Source: Chiloscyllium plagiosum
Lineage: Eukaryota
Direction of reading: 5' to 3'
Assembly (NCBI RefSeq): GCF_004010195.1
Contig: NC_057719.1
Location: forward strand, 54,213,926 to 54,277,925
DNA: 64,000 bases
The notes beneath the pieces are model-generated. The model saw nothing but the letters and a program-made list of their open reading frames with translations. It ran no database searches and was not told the origin of the DNA. Shown piece after piece: positions 1 through 12,560 of this stretch (the stretch's first letter is position 1; every line of letters starts with the position of its first letter). The position numbers and the translations under genes were made by a program.

Positions 1-101
1 ACCTAGACAGGGGACGAAACGTCTGCAACACAAATTCCCAACTCGGCGAACAGAACCACAACAACAAGCACCCGAGCTACAAATCTTCTCACAAACTTTG
101 A
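1..101 (+). mobile_element. Penelope-like element 3' pLTR end (cut by window start), with 3' half of a hammerhead core
   Basis: ACCTAGACAGGGGAC-GAAACGTC (1-23) aligns with ACCTAGTATGGTGAC-AAAGCATC, which follows the GIY-YIG remnant at 37278-37299; downstream CCAACTCGGCGAACA resembles CCAGCTCAGTGAGCA at ~37314. Confidence 0.7.
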
Positions 102-351
102 GCAAATGTGTTGCATTTCAAATGGCACATTACTGTTCCAAGAGGCAAACTCATTTTCATGCCCAGTAATTTTTGTTTCAGCTGTTGCTAAATAAAGTAT
201 ATCCTTTGAACCCACTTGAAGATTCCCATGTGTGAGACTGTCCCAAATTGAACAATGATAAGATGCTGGGCGAAATTGGGCATTAAGGAAAATGTAGTAT
301 TGACTTTGACAGGGTTGTAAGAAGGCATGTGACTAAGCACACGCATCGTCT

Positions 352-470
352 GCAATAAGGTGGGGGGGAAGGGAGATGGGGAAACTGGTGAAATCAACCT
401 TGATGCCGCTTAGTTGGTGGGCCCCAAGGTGGAAGATGAGGTGTTCTTCCTCCAGGCACTGGGTGGCTTA
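352..470 (-). mobile_element. Penelope-like (Neptune-type) GIY-YIG C-terminal fragment and start of 3' UTR
   Basis: Minus strand translates ATQCLEEEHLIFHLGAHQLSGIKVDFTSF, like the PLE endonuclease C-terminal motif EE..LIF.LGTL.P.G.N; homologous to 46315-46380. Confidence 0.7.
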
Positions 471-2149
471 GATCCTAAATAACAAAAGGAGTGCTGTCAT
501 GACATCTCTGTGCTTGGAGAAGCATTAGTTTGATATTGTTTGCCCACTACATTCACAGTGAAGGGCAGCTCCAAACTGCTAATGCTTTGCCAGGTGAATG
601 GCTGGGCCTCAAACATGATGCTGAGGCTATCAATCATAAGGAGTTCCCAGCAGTGGTGCAGTTTCTTTAATATTACTAGGAGAATTTAATGATCTGGATG
701 CCAGGGTGATGTGATGCATAGGTGAACTTTGGATGATAACATGCAAAAACAGCTCGACCTCACAGAGAGGAACACTCCATGCAAGTTGGCAAAAATTACA
801 CTTAGCCAATTTCTGGCAAGATTCATTCCCAAGAGCTAACGTTCTTTACATCTTTCAGTTTATTCCAGATTTACTTATAACTTCATGTTGGATGGTCTTT
901 TTTTCATCTACATCATCCATCAGTTGTGCTGACTGCTGCTCTGCACTCTTTGAATGGCTTTCCTATTTTCTGCAGGAACAGATTGTAGCTCACTTTAAGA
1001 TCAAAACAGTAGACAGAAACATTAACTCCACAGCGTATAATCAATGGTGTGACAACCTTTGACATGGAAACAGTACAGTAAGGAATAGTTGTAGTTTTCT
1101 TAACTTGTTTATGGGAATTAGAATTGTTTTTAAGAAAACTTGAAGGATTGCATATGTTACAAAGGGATTATTTGTAACTTCCTTGGATAACAAGAGCAAC
1201 TTGTCCATGTGATCTGGTGATGCTTAACCTGGACACAGTAATGGAAGAAAGGAACAAAACACATGTGGTCAAACACAGCATTAAGACAAAGAACATACTG
1301 ATGTAAGGTAGATATGTGTGCTGGAGAAAGCAGGTGATTACCACACAATAGTAGGCACAAACAGAAAGTAGACTGAGATAGAAATAGAATCAAACTTAAC
1401 CATTAAGAAAAGAGGGAACACATTTTTCTCAAGAAGTTTTTTTTTTCCCCAATTGGCAGAAGCTCTTCGAGGTATTCTGAGGGCTGGCTAACATAATCAA
1501 AGTTCTGTAAATTTGTGTGTCTAGCATAGTGATGTTAAATAGTTTAGTGTTTTTACCAGAAATTGCGAAACCATGAAATCGGGTCTATTGATTGATCAGT
1601 TCTAAAACAATGGAAACAGACTGTTGCGAGCTGAGTAAAGGTTCATAGATCTGTGCCTTGCTGATGATAATCATTCTGATAGAAGTTGAATGTGAAAGTT
1701 CTTGTCAGATCAGATTCCTGAGCTGCCCTAAATGTGTAAAAGAGCAGTGCATTGTGGAAATGTGTAGCTACTTACAGTGTATGCAGCTTCTTGTGGTTGT
1801 GTCTAATGTATCTTTGTATTAATTAAGTTTAGCTTTCTTTTTGAAGCATTTGGCTATTGAGTCATGCTTATTTTAGACTGGTTCTTGATGAGTGCTGAAT
1901 AAAATTTATAAGAACTGAAGTCTTATTGGTGATTTCTTCATTTGGGAGTCATTCAACAAAACTTTGTCATTTTGGTTTACAGTTTCCCCAGGGGAATCAT
2001 CGCAGCTCATGAAGAATGATGATTACTCATCAAGATTTACATTCCAAAAACTATTTCTAGAATTAAGCTTGCTGAAAATTACTGCCCACAGCCATTCTGG
2101 TGATCTCTTCCCGTGTTAGGCTAGTGCAGCAATTCTTCTTTATTGGTTC

Positions 2150-2500
2150 TTTGGGATGCAGGCAAATGCGTAATCATCCCTTTGACTTTTCTCTCACAAC
2201 AATGCAATTTACCCAATCTGCAGCTTCGAGAGTCTGAAAATCACTTTGTTCTTGCCCATCTCCTGCAGCTCCTTTTTCAAGCTGCTTCATTGAATTTACA
2301 CTGAATTGGCTACATTTCACAATCTCGTTTAAAAATTGCCAGCAGGGTCACCTCATTCCTGCCCTATCCTTTGAAATTCATATCTGTGAAGCTGATGGTT
2401 TTTCTTTAAGTAGAAATGTCTGCTGTGTTTCTGAAAAACCTTGTCTGAGCTTTTAACTGTTGTCCTCACTCATTGCAATTATTTTGAGCTAACTGACAAA
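2150..2500 (-). mobile_element. Highly decayed Gypsy gag relic
   Basis: Minus-strand translation HFYLKKNHQLHRYEFQRIGQE*GDPAGNF*TRL resembles the gag motif F.PKKN..ERY.F....Q..GE....F..RL. Confidence 0.4.
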
Positions 2501-2536
2501 AAAGCCAAGAGGGGTGTGGGGATTAAGGTTCTGTTT

Positions 2537-2754
2537 TGTTTTTCATACAGTGTATTGCTATGATCCAGGATGAAGGGATGCTGGGAGTAGATTCAACAGC
2601 AAGTTTCAAAGCAAATCAAATGTATGTTTAAAAAGGAAGAAAAATGCAGAGCTGTAGGGTAAGGACAGTGGAGTGAGATTAATTGATAGTTTTTGTCAAA
2701 TAGCTAACTCAGGCATGACAAGCTGAATAGTCTCTTCTGTGCTGTATGGTTCTG
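2537..2754 (+). mobile_element. Old CR1-like LINE 3' end
   Basis: Ends in GCTGAATAGTCTCTTCTGTGCTGTATGGTTCTG, a diverged version of the CR1 3' tails seen elsewhere in the window. Confidence 0.5.
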
Positions 2755-3920
2755 CACTGTCTATCCCACTGAGTGTAACACATTCTGTTTCTCTTCGTGA
2801 AATATTATCAATACTTAAAACCAAATGATACAGCACAGAATTATTTTTTTCAAAAGAAAATAAAAGTCTGATTTGATTTAAGTGCAGGGACTGATTGACA
2901 AGATATTACAAAATTGGACTAACACAAACAGAAGGGTTGTAAATGCTTCCACATTCGGATATGGTTGGATCATTCTTGGGAGTTACAGCAGGAATTAAAC
3001 TCATTCTTGTTCAGTCAAAAGCTTAATAATATCCATCATTGCCTGTAGCACATTCAAACAGCGAGATTGAAGTTTTGAACATGGCCAGGTGGTGTCTAGT
3101 ATTGTGCCTTTCTTGTCACAACTGGATACATTTTCAGATTGTCTTGCTCATTGGAGCACATATTAGGAAGTCAGGCCTGTAGCTCATGATTTTTTCATCT
3201 ATTATCTCTTCTGCTTTCCACCATCTGTGCAGGCTTCCAGAATTCCATTTGTGTAAGTGGAATGGGTTCTATCATATATTACAGTTGATGTTATCCAGGC
3301 TTTTCTTTCAGTGTGTTACATGTGGCCCATTATAGAAGTGATTTTACAAGGCCTCACTCTACATCTGGCAGCTTTTTCATTGCTTTGAAATGTACACAGT
3401 AAGGCATGGAACACTTAGTGTTTACAAAGAGAATTCTTCAAGGGAAGTACTGTTTCTAACATTTGCCTCTTACAAGAAGTTATATTTTCCACTTTTGCAT
3501 CCCTAGTTCACAGCAGTATATGCCAAGGGTAGATAATAAATCTGTTTTATTAATATTGCTTCTCTACATTTTCATTGGTGCCATACATTTGTTGCTCTTT
3601 CGGTTTGATTTCCCAATTAAATGGTAACCATCTACTAACTTCCTATGTATTGGGGAGAGGACTGTGCCCTGTTCTTTACTTGTTCTACATGGCCATCTCT
3701 GACTGCATCTGGAAACTTCAGAGCCCTATCAGATCACATGTTACTCATAGCTACATTCCTGCAGTTCCATAATGTTGCTTCTTTATTTCATAACAGAAAT
3801 AAACACCCCCAGAGTCTTTTAAGTTGCTTCTGGTCCTTTACAATTTCCAGAGGTAACAAACTTTCTACTTGCCATTTGACAAGATGCTTATGGTGGTGTA
3901 CATCCCCTACTGACAGCTTC

Positions 3921-4095
3921 ATAGAATCCCTATTGTGCAGATGGAGGCCATTCAGCCCACTAAGTCTGCACTGACCTTTCAAAGAGCATCCTAACCCAGA
4001 CGCCACCTCCCAACCTATCCCTGTACCCACACATTTACCATAGGTAACCCACCCAGCCTGCAGAATCCCAATCACTAGGGGAGAATTTATAATGA
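3921..4095 (-). mobile_element. HE1-like SINE, 3' part
   Basis: Similar to the 3' half of the SINEs at 18631 and 38651 (GAATCCCTA...GGCCATTCAGCCCA...); truncated at the Penelope-derived repeat. Confidence 0.65.
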
Positions 4096-4495
4096 CTAGG
4101 AGAAAGTGAGGACTGCAGATGCTGGAGATCAGAGTCAGAAAGTGTGATGCTGGAAAAGCGCAGCAGGTCACACACCATCCAAAGCGCAGGTGAATTGACG
4201 TTTCAGGCATAAGCCCTTCATCAGCATGTGGCTAAAAAGCTTCAGGGCAGAGGAGATGACCTGGGAGGAGCAGTGAGAGAGAGACTCACTGAAATCCTTG
4301 TAGAGAGAGGAGGAGAACTTCAAGACAGGCATCCTTGGAAGGGGCTTCGCAGTAGGGTTGAAATCAACTAGGAGAAACTGAGGACTGCAGATGCTGGAGA
4401 TCAGAGTCGAGAGTGTGGTGCTAGAAAAGCACAGCAGGTCAGGCAGCATCTGAGGAACAGGAGAATCGACATTTCAGGCATAAGCTCTTCATCAG
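4096..4495 (-). mobile_element. Penelope-derived pLTR direct repeat (two ~128 bp copies, 4096-4224 and 4368-4495) flanking a 143 bp spacer
   Basis: Both copies read CTAGGAGAAA.TGAGGACTGCAGATGCTGGAGATCAGAGTC...TTCATCAG, the same unit that forms the arms of the palindromes at 33861 and 57065. Confidence 0.8.
4197..4224 (-). ncRNA. Minimal hammerhead ribozyme core
   Basis: Minus strand CUGAUGA-A-GGGC-UUAU-GCCU-GAAAC-GUC; no good stem I. A second, more decayed copy lies at 4468-4495. Confidence 0.65.
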
Positions 4496-5328
4496 CCCTT
4501 GCTAACCAATCAGTATGCTCATTTCATACAGTGTGAAAGTGCTGTTCTCCTTTATACTGGTATCCCTGAGTTGATGGGTGCAAAATGAAAAACTTTGACA
4601 AAAAAATGTTTTTCAGCAAATTTTTCAGCAACACTCAAGTTCTGTACTGCCAAATAACTAAAAATAGTACATTTATATGAAGTCATTGTAAAAAGACAAT
4701 CAAAAGGGACTCAAGAGAAATTGCCCAAAAGGGAGGTTAAATTGGAAACTGACTTTATAGTTTAAACTCAACTGTTAGTGGTTTCAATTATTCTGACAGC
4801 CATATTGCTGGGCCAGGAGCTTTCACTAGTATTAAAACAAAAGACTGATGGGACAAGATAAAAATAGTCAGCAATCTGAATACTTGCTTTCCATTCTAAT
4901 TTGTCCTTTTAAACTACTTAAATGAGCAATTTAAGTAATGCTTATTCTGTACTCAACCTAAGATTTTCAAAAGCTATTATCACAGTGTTTTCAATTATGC
5001 CAATTTCACTAAGAATAGAAAGCACTTTCAAATTCCAAATGTTGGAGGCCAGTAGACAGAGTTATGTCAATATCATGTATAAACATTTTGATGGTATTAC
5101 ATAAACTTCACAACAGGACTATATAATGCATAAGATTAAATTTTGCCTTCATTCATTGCCTTGGTCACTGCCCATTGTTACAACATTATTAAGAATTGTC
5201 GTAAATACAATCAATATCAAATAACCATTCAAAAGGGAAATAGAACTCTCCCTTCTGAGATTTCTCCTGTACATGTCTGCAGCACTTTCAAATTTTTTTT
5301 ATTGTGGATTATTGTTTTTCCGCTTTGG

Positions 5329-5645
5329 ATCATTGAGTCATACCACATGGAAACTGACCTTTTGGTGCAAACCATCCATGCTGACCAGTTTTCCCAAAGT
5401 AAACTAGTCCCATTTACTTGCATTTAGCCCATATCCCTCTAAATCTTTCCTGTTCATGTATCTTTTAAGTGTTGCAATTGTACCTGCCACGACCACTTCC
5501 TCTGGCAAGTCATTCCACATACAAAGCACCCTGTGTGTGAAAAAGTTGCCCCTCAGGTTACTGTTGAATCTTTCCCTTCTCACCTTGAACCTATGCCCTC
5601 TAGTTTTGAACTCCCTTATCCTGGGGGAAAGACCTTTGTTATTCT
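5329..5645 (-). mobile_element. CR1/HER1 LINE 3' fragment
   Basis: ORF 5404..5667 has TRGHRFKVRRERF...NFFTHRV..MWNDLPEEVV, the CR1 ORF2 C-terminus. Confidence 0.9.
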
Positions 5646-5855
5646 CTCTTTGTGTTATACCTAACATGATTCAGATGAATATCCAAACTGATTTATTTTC
5701 AAGAAGGAAGAAAATCAATGAATATATTATGTGAACCCTGACCCCATTTGGTCATATTTCCATATCTGAAAAGTGAAAGAAACTGGTGTGGGTATTGTAC
5801 AATCTGCATAGAATTTCTTTATTGTCATTTCTAACGCATAGCCTGAGGAGGGGAA

Positions 5856-6014
5856 CAGAACAACCTTGGTTATCCGAATTTTGGATTATCTGAACAAGAT
5901 CTCAAGATCCCGTAAAAACATTATCCATTATCTGAACAATCAGTTATCCGAACAATCAGTTATCCGAACAAAATACTCGCCGCCCGTCTTGTTCAGATAA
6001 TTGAGGTTGTTCTG
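5856..6014. mobile_element. Tc1/mariner (Tigger/pogo-like) MITE
   Basis: Terminal inverted repeats CAGAACAACCT..TTATCCGAA / TTCAGATAA..AGGTTGTTCTG, TA at the right flank, internal TTATC(C/T)GAACAA repeats. Confidence 0.75.
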
Positions 6015-7212
6015 TATTACTACAAAGGGTCATGAGCGACTGATTTGAGATCATTGCTCAAATAAAACCTTATTTAGTGACATCGCTTGCTGGCAATTTG
6101 CATTCAACTACCATTTTGGCTGATGGTAGTTAAAATTCTATCAGTAAACAAGGTTATTAACTCTGTTAATACACCAGCTCCCCCCAAATATATCACACAC
6201 AATGTTCATGGAGTCAGGGTCCTTCAGCAAGAACACATTGTTCAATGGCTTCTCAGAAGAGGTGAAAAACATGGTGAAAACCAGTCTGAAGTGGGGAACC
6301 AAGAAAACAGTCACCTGCTCCTGAAATTGTTTCATTAACAGGATTTGAAATACTCATAATAGTTTTTCTTTAATTTGAAAGTTAAGCTGACTATGTTGTA
6401 GTTAATTGCGTTGTTACTATAGTAATTAATTACAGGGTAATGCCCTGATGTGGAGGCATGACTATTACTAGAGATCCCAAAATCATGTTTTGGTGATTCC
6501 ATTTTGAGTGCAAGAGATTACATTTATCAATAGCACTTAAATATGCATTCAAATCCAAAGACAACAATATCTGATGTAATAATATGAAGAGATTTAAATG
6601 TTATGAGTATATTCAAATAAAACAAAACCCTTTACAGACTTTCATTTAAACAAAACAAGTCTCACTTAATCCTGGAATAATTTGATTAACAGAATATATA
6701 CTGTCACTGGTAAAGAAAAAGGCCAGCTGTCTTTTCATTTTCATGGCCTTCATTGTATATATTTTCTAAGTGTTTTACTTTAAATGTGCCCATTACAAAT
6801 GCTTGGCTGTGGTTCAACAAAGCCTAGAATCACTTATCACAACTGCAATCTATTTTCACATTTTGATTGATAATTTATTAAGGGGTTTGATGTATTTGAA
6901 AAACTAGATGTTTATTCATGTTTACACTAGGCTGACCAATAGAAGGAAAGAACATTTTGAATAGAGACAGAGTTGCTTTTAGCGGGAAGTGTTTTGAGTG
7001 ACAGGTCCATTAGGCAGTTTAACATTTCTTTCATTTTATTTCAAAGATGCAACTCTATAGTGGATACTGGGTACTGTTAATCGTTATGGAAGATACATAT
7101 CGGTTATAGAGGATGCATGGGACATTAATAGATATGAAAAGAGCACTAGACCGATATGGAAGTATCAAGTAAACATAAAGGTATGAGGACACAAAGGAAG
7201 ACTGCAGGATAT

Positions 7213-7392
7213 AAAGTCAAAAATCACACAACACCAGGTTATACTCCAACAGGTTTAATTGGAAGCACACTAGCTTTCAGAGCGCCACTCCTTCATTACC
7301 TGATGAGGGAGCGGCGCTCCGAAAGCTAGTGTGCTTCCAATTAAACCTGTTAACTTTGTACACCCCAATCCAACACTGGCATCTCCAAATCA
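7213..7392 (+). mobile_element. Palindromic Penelope-type element, second family
   Basis: Inverted arms AACAGGTTTAATTGGAAGCACACTAGCTTTC / GAAAGCTAGTGTGCTTCCAATTAAACCTGTT with a hammerhead core at the centre. Confidence 0.7.
7297..7331 (+). ncRNA. Minimal type I hammerhead ribozyme
   Basis: UAC-CUGAUGA-G-GGAGC-GGC-GCUCC-GAAAG-CUA-GUG: intact core boxes, 5 bp stem II, palindromic AGCU stem III, short stem I. Confidence 0.7.
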
Positions 7393-8296
7393 TGCAAAAT
7401 ATAAGGTGGCATTAAGCATGGGGGACACATGAGGGAGCATAAAGGCATTACGTGGAATGGAGGCAGGGGAGGGATGATGGTTTAAGGGTTTAACATTGAT
7501 TATTAAATCTGAAATTGCCCTGTAAATGGAGTTGGGAGTGCACCCTGCCAGTCTGCCTATGTTGCTACCTTTGATTATCCGCCACTTGAGGCAGACACAA
7601 CTCCATCCCAGTCTGTCCTCCACAGCATGAAAATATGGCAGTTTGGGGCATTTTTAAAGGAGAGTGCTTGACCAAGTTATTAAAATTCTCAATTTGACTT
7701 TTCCAGTTCCTCCTGGAAAATCCAGCTTTATATGTTCTCCTATTGTCTTGTTGCTAAAACTAAGAGTATTATTAAAATTTCAAACATTTTCGAAACATTA
7801 TTCTCAAACAGTTGGCAATGACCAGGGACCAACTTAGTTTTGAAAAGGTTATAATCTCGGCTATAATCATTGAACAGGTTTGGAAGCCTGAAGGAAAGCA
7901 GTTTGATCTTTATTATTAATCATATATAATGAACAACAATGAGGCTTTTCTCTTTAACTCCTGTGCAACCCATGTTATTAAAACACCAACTATGTCACCA
8001 ATTTTGCCAAGCAAAACCCTATAGTTTACCATGATCTCTGAAATATACTACTTCTGACTTTCTCAGAGAGAATCAAACCTGCCTAGTTATTTAGTTTGAT
8101 CCCAAGGCTATTAAAATGAAATCTGTTGCATTGTATATAAAAAAAAGACCTGAATCTCTTCTGTAGTATGACTGAGACCAAAGCAGTTAGTTTCATTTCT
8201 TGCTTAATGAGGATCTATTGAAAATTATAACAATTTTTATCCATTTATAAATGAATTGTTTTCAAGAAATGCACAAATATAATAAATGGCTGTGAT

Positions 8297-8592
8297 GAAC
8301 CTTTTTCCACGTATGGAGTCAGCTATTACGAGGGGGCATAGCTTTAAATTAAGGGGTGGTAGGTATAGGACAGATGCTAGGGGTAGATTCTTTACTCAGT
8401 GAGTCGTGAGTTCATGGAATGCCCTGCCAGTAGCAGTGGTGGACACTCCCTCTTTATGGGCATTTAAACAGGCATTGGATAGGCATATGGAGGATAGTGG
8501 GCTAGTGTAGGTTAGGTGGGCTTGGATCGGCGCAACATCGAGGGCCAAAGGGCCTGTACTGCACTGTATTTTTCTATGTTCTATGTTCTATG
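8297..8592 (+). mobile_element. CR1 LINE 3' end with (TTCTATG)n tail
   Basis: Encodes TRGHSFKLRGGRYRTD..FFTQ like the copy at 49331-50636; tandem TTCTATG tail. Confidence 0.9.
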
Positions 8593-9627
8593 ATCTGAAC
8601 AACTCAATTGATTTTACGTAGTGCCTTTAATGATAAATTCCAGAAGGTGTTTCCACAAGACACAAGGGAAAATATGGAAAAATGGAAAAAGGGAAAAGAA
8701 ATTGAGAAACAGCAAACATTTGATTAAAGAAATAGGTTTCAAGGAAGGTTTTGAAATGGAGAGATACAGGAAAGACAGGGGACTTTGAGGAGGGAAATCT
8801 CTGGATGAATACAGAGTTTCCAATGGTAGCTGTAATGAGTGGCATTTGGGGGCAGTGCAAGTGATCAGAGTTCAAGGCGAAGATTACAGGTCCTTTGATC
8901 CAATAGGAAAATAGTGAGGATAGATGCATTTAAGCAGTCAGATGGCCAATTTTAAATTTGGTACATTGGGGAATAGGAGCCAATAAAGGTTAGAAAGAAT
9001 GGGGGCTAGGGGCGCTGATTGTAAAATGTAGTTTGATTTGGTTTAAGCTAGAAGCAGTAAAGTGTTTACTGAGCTGAAGATTATAAAAGAGTGTGGTACG
9101 AAACACTAGAGACCACGGGAAAGGTTAAATCAGGATGTTATAAAGCAGAGATGACGTCTTCAGCAATAGTTTCGCAAAGGTTTCAGGGGAAGAATCGTGG
9201 TCCAGACACAGAAAGAGGTTAATTTGTGTTGAAGAAGATCTGGGCCAGGACTTTCCAGGGCACATGGATGAGCCCATGGGACTTCTAAAGGAAATCCTAC
9301 TCTCCCACCCTCCCCGCCCCTTCAGTTTACTCAACATTAGTTAACTCAGCTAAAGCTGCCAGATTATGCATGTGGTAAATAATCCCTAAATTGTAAATAA
9401 TTGCCACTTAAGAGCCTTCAGAGGCTTAAGTGTTGCTGACCATCTGCTGCCTTCCCTACCTCATGTAAAAGGTCAGGGCTGGGCAGAGGGGTTAGCAAAA
9501 TGTGAATTCTCCTGCCTCCATTCAAACCTGCTTTCCCCAGCTGATTACTTTGGAGTTGATTAAAAGCTCAGTCTGGTTCAGAATAAGATGTTAACCAAGG
9601 CAGAGGATGGAATCTGTATTGAAGGTA

Positions 9628-9815
9628 CTGATTTCATTTAGCTCAGTTGGTTTTGATACAAACTGATGCCAACACCATGGGTGCAATTCCCACACTAGCT
9701 GATAACACCGTGAAGGTTCCATCTTCTCAGCTTCACCCCCTGCCTGAGACAGATGACTCTTGAATTAAACTCATCATCAGTCAGTTCTTTCTACTGAGAG
9801 AATGTGTCTGAGGTT
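9628..9815 (+). mobile_element. Old tRNA-headed SINE-like relic
   Basis: A-box-like TTAGCTCAGTTGG and degenerate B-box GGTGCAATTCC. Confidence 0.35.
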
Positions 9816-9820
9816 AACCA

Positions 9821-11408
9821 TATGTCCATATTACAGAGGAGGAAGTGCTGGATGTCTTGAATAGCATAAAAATGGATAAATCCCCAGGAGCTGATCAGGT
9901 GTGCCCTAGAACTCTGTGGGAAGCTAGGGAAGTGATTGCTGGGCCTCTTACTGAGATATTTGTATCATCGATAGTCACAGGTGAGGTGCCGGAAGACTGG
10001 AGGTTGGCTAACGTGGTGCCACTGTTTAAGAAGGGTGGTAAGGACAAGCCAAGGAACTATAGACCAGTGAGCCTGACGTTGGAGGTGGGCAAGTTGTTGG
10101 AGGGAATCCTGAGGGACAGGATGTACATGTATTTGGAAAGGCAAGGACTGATTAGGGATAGTCAACATGGCTTTGTGCGTGGGAAATCATATCTCTCAAA
10201 CTTGATTGAGTTTTTTGAAGAAGTAACAAAGAGGATTGATGAGGGCAGAGTCGTAGATGTGATCTATATGGACTTTAGTAAGGTGTTCGACAAGATTCCC
10301 CATGGGCCACTGGTTAGCAAGATTCGATCTCATGGAATACTGGGAGAAGTAGCCATTTGGATACAGAACTGGCTCAAAGGTAGAAGACAGACGGTGGTGG
10401 TGGGGGGTTGTTTTTCAGACTGGAGGCCTGTGACCAGTGGGTGCTGGGTCCACTGCTTTTCATCATTTATATAAATGATTTGGATGTGACCATAAGAGGT
10501 ATAGTTAGTAAGTTTGCAGATGACACCAAAATTGGAGGTGTAGTGGACAGTGAAGAAGGTTACATCAGATTACAATGGGATCTTGATCAGATGGCCCAAT
10601 GGGCTGAGAAGTGGCATAAGTCAGATAAATGCGAGGTGCTGCATTTTGGCAAAGCAAATCTTAACAGGACTTATACACTTAATGGTAAGGTCCTAGGGAG
10701 TGTTGCTGAACAAAGAGACCTTGCAGTGCAGTTTCAGAGCTCCTTGAAAGTGGAGTAGATAGGATAGTGAAGAAAGTGTTTGGTATGCTTTCCTTTATTG
10801 GTCAGAATATTGAATACAAGAGTTGGGAGGTCATGTTGCGGCTGTACAGGACATTGATTAGGCCACTGTTGGAATATTGTGTGCAATTCTGGTATCCTTC
10901 CTATCGGAAATATATTGTGAAATGCCAAAGGGTTCAGGAATTATTTACAAGAATGTTGCCAGGGTTGGAGGATTTGAGCAATGGGGAGAAGTTGAATTGG
11001 TTAGGGCTGTTTTCACTGGAACATTGGAATCTGAGGTGAGACCATATAGAGGTTTACAAAATTATGAGGGGCATGGATAGGATAGGTTGACAAAGTCTTT
11101 TCCTTGGGGTGGGGTAGTCCGGAGTTAGAGAGCATAGGTTTATAGTAAGAGTAGAAAGATATAATAGAGAGCTAAGGGGTAACATTTTCACTCAGAGGGT
11201 GGTATGTGTATGGAATGAGCTGCCAGAAGAAGTGGTGAAGGCTGGTACAATTGCAACATTTAAAAAGCACCTGGATGGGTATATGAATAGGAAGGGATAT
11301 GGACTGGGTGCTGGCAGGTGAGCCTAGATTGGGTTGGGATACCTGGTCGGCATGGATGAGTTGGACCTAAGGGTTTGTTTCCGTGCTATACATCTCTAAG
11401 ACTCTATA
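9821..11408 (+). mobile_element. CR1/HER1 LINE, 5'-truncated, frameshifted ORF2 (RT)
   Basis: ORFs 9845..10474, 10408..10758 and 10767..11039 carry NYRPVSL, QHGFV, MDFSKVFD, LGPLLF, FADD and RPLLEYC motifs; CR1 3' tail. Confidence 0.95.
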
Positions 11409-11989
11409 ACTATTTTGGTAATAGACTTGTAGCAGACATTGCAGTTGTGTTCCTGCACTTTTACTAGAAGTCATTGTAGTCATGGGAGTGTTCTAATCAG
11501 TAGCTCACAGAGAATCATTTCCACTGGTTAGGGATCCATTTCTTTAGGAAATTGCTTATTGAACAGGTACAGATAGAATCATGCGGTACTAAAGAGTAAA
11601 GCAAGTGCTTGTTGCTCCATATTGATATAATTGGATTGAACTTGGAACCTTTAGATTCAAAAGCAATTAGCTTGACATCTTGCATGTTGCATTCCTAGCC
11701 ATTTCTGCAATTCATTGACTGCTAGGATTGTCTTATTTCTTGAACATAATACTTTATGATGCAAGTTTCTACCGACAGTGTTTATTTGAGTGCCTCCATG
11801 TGGTCATGGTTCTAACACAGGTATCTGATATCTTCCTTTAAGAACTGTCTCAATAACATTACTTTATTGTAAAAGTCTGTTTGTATGACAAAAAGGAAAT
11901 GAAATAATCTGAAAACTCTTCTGTAGATCTTCTGTATCTTGGTGAGTAAGATGTGTCACACATCTTTGACTTTGCTTGGATTAGCAAGA

Positions 11990-12560
11990 ATTGTACAACA
12001 GAACCAAAACGTTGAACTGAGCTGTGTTTACCTGGCACTTCTTGCCGTTGAAGACAAATCCTTCACTACAAGCTGCCATCATTAGTTAGTGTAGATTTCA
12101 ATTGTGCTCTTTTTTGGATATGTCCATCAATGCAACAACATTGACAGTTTACCTACTTTCAGGAATACTTTTCCGGAAATTTCGTCCATGTGCTTCTGGA
12201 AAAGACGCTGACTATATAATGACTCCAACGGACAATAATAATGGATAATTCAATTCCCAATGAGAAACATGTCTTAATCTGTTTAGCATAGAGGTCAGAT
12301 ACTCACCATATTCACAGGAGGCTGCCAATGTACTTAAAGAAACAAATATACAAGTCTATTAACAATAGAAACAAAAACTCCACCACGTTACACGATCCAA
12401 TATGAAATGGTCTAAAATGATGCATGAGAATTCTACTTGCAAGGAGGTTTGCACTCATTCCCGCATTGACTTTACTCTTGAGCGTCTGTTTACTAATGTT
12501 TTTCAGTCAAAAGCTACAAAATGTTCAACTTCATCCACATAATGTAGAAACCTGTTTGCA
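11990..12560 (-). mobile_element. Decayed Gypsy gag relic
   Basis: Minus-strand TLAASCEYGEYLTSMLNRL and CQCCCIDGHIQK (degenerate zinc knuckle). Confidence 0.45.

Noticed and set aside
3100..3880. Possible Gypsy integrase relic on minus (FQSNEKAAR)
   Set aside because: Too degenerate to annotate with usable boundaries.
5868..6000. Short repeats with spacers, CRISPR-like
   Set aside because: Eukaryotic context, irregular spacing, no cas genes; they are internal repeats of a TIR element.
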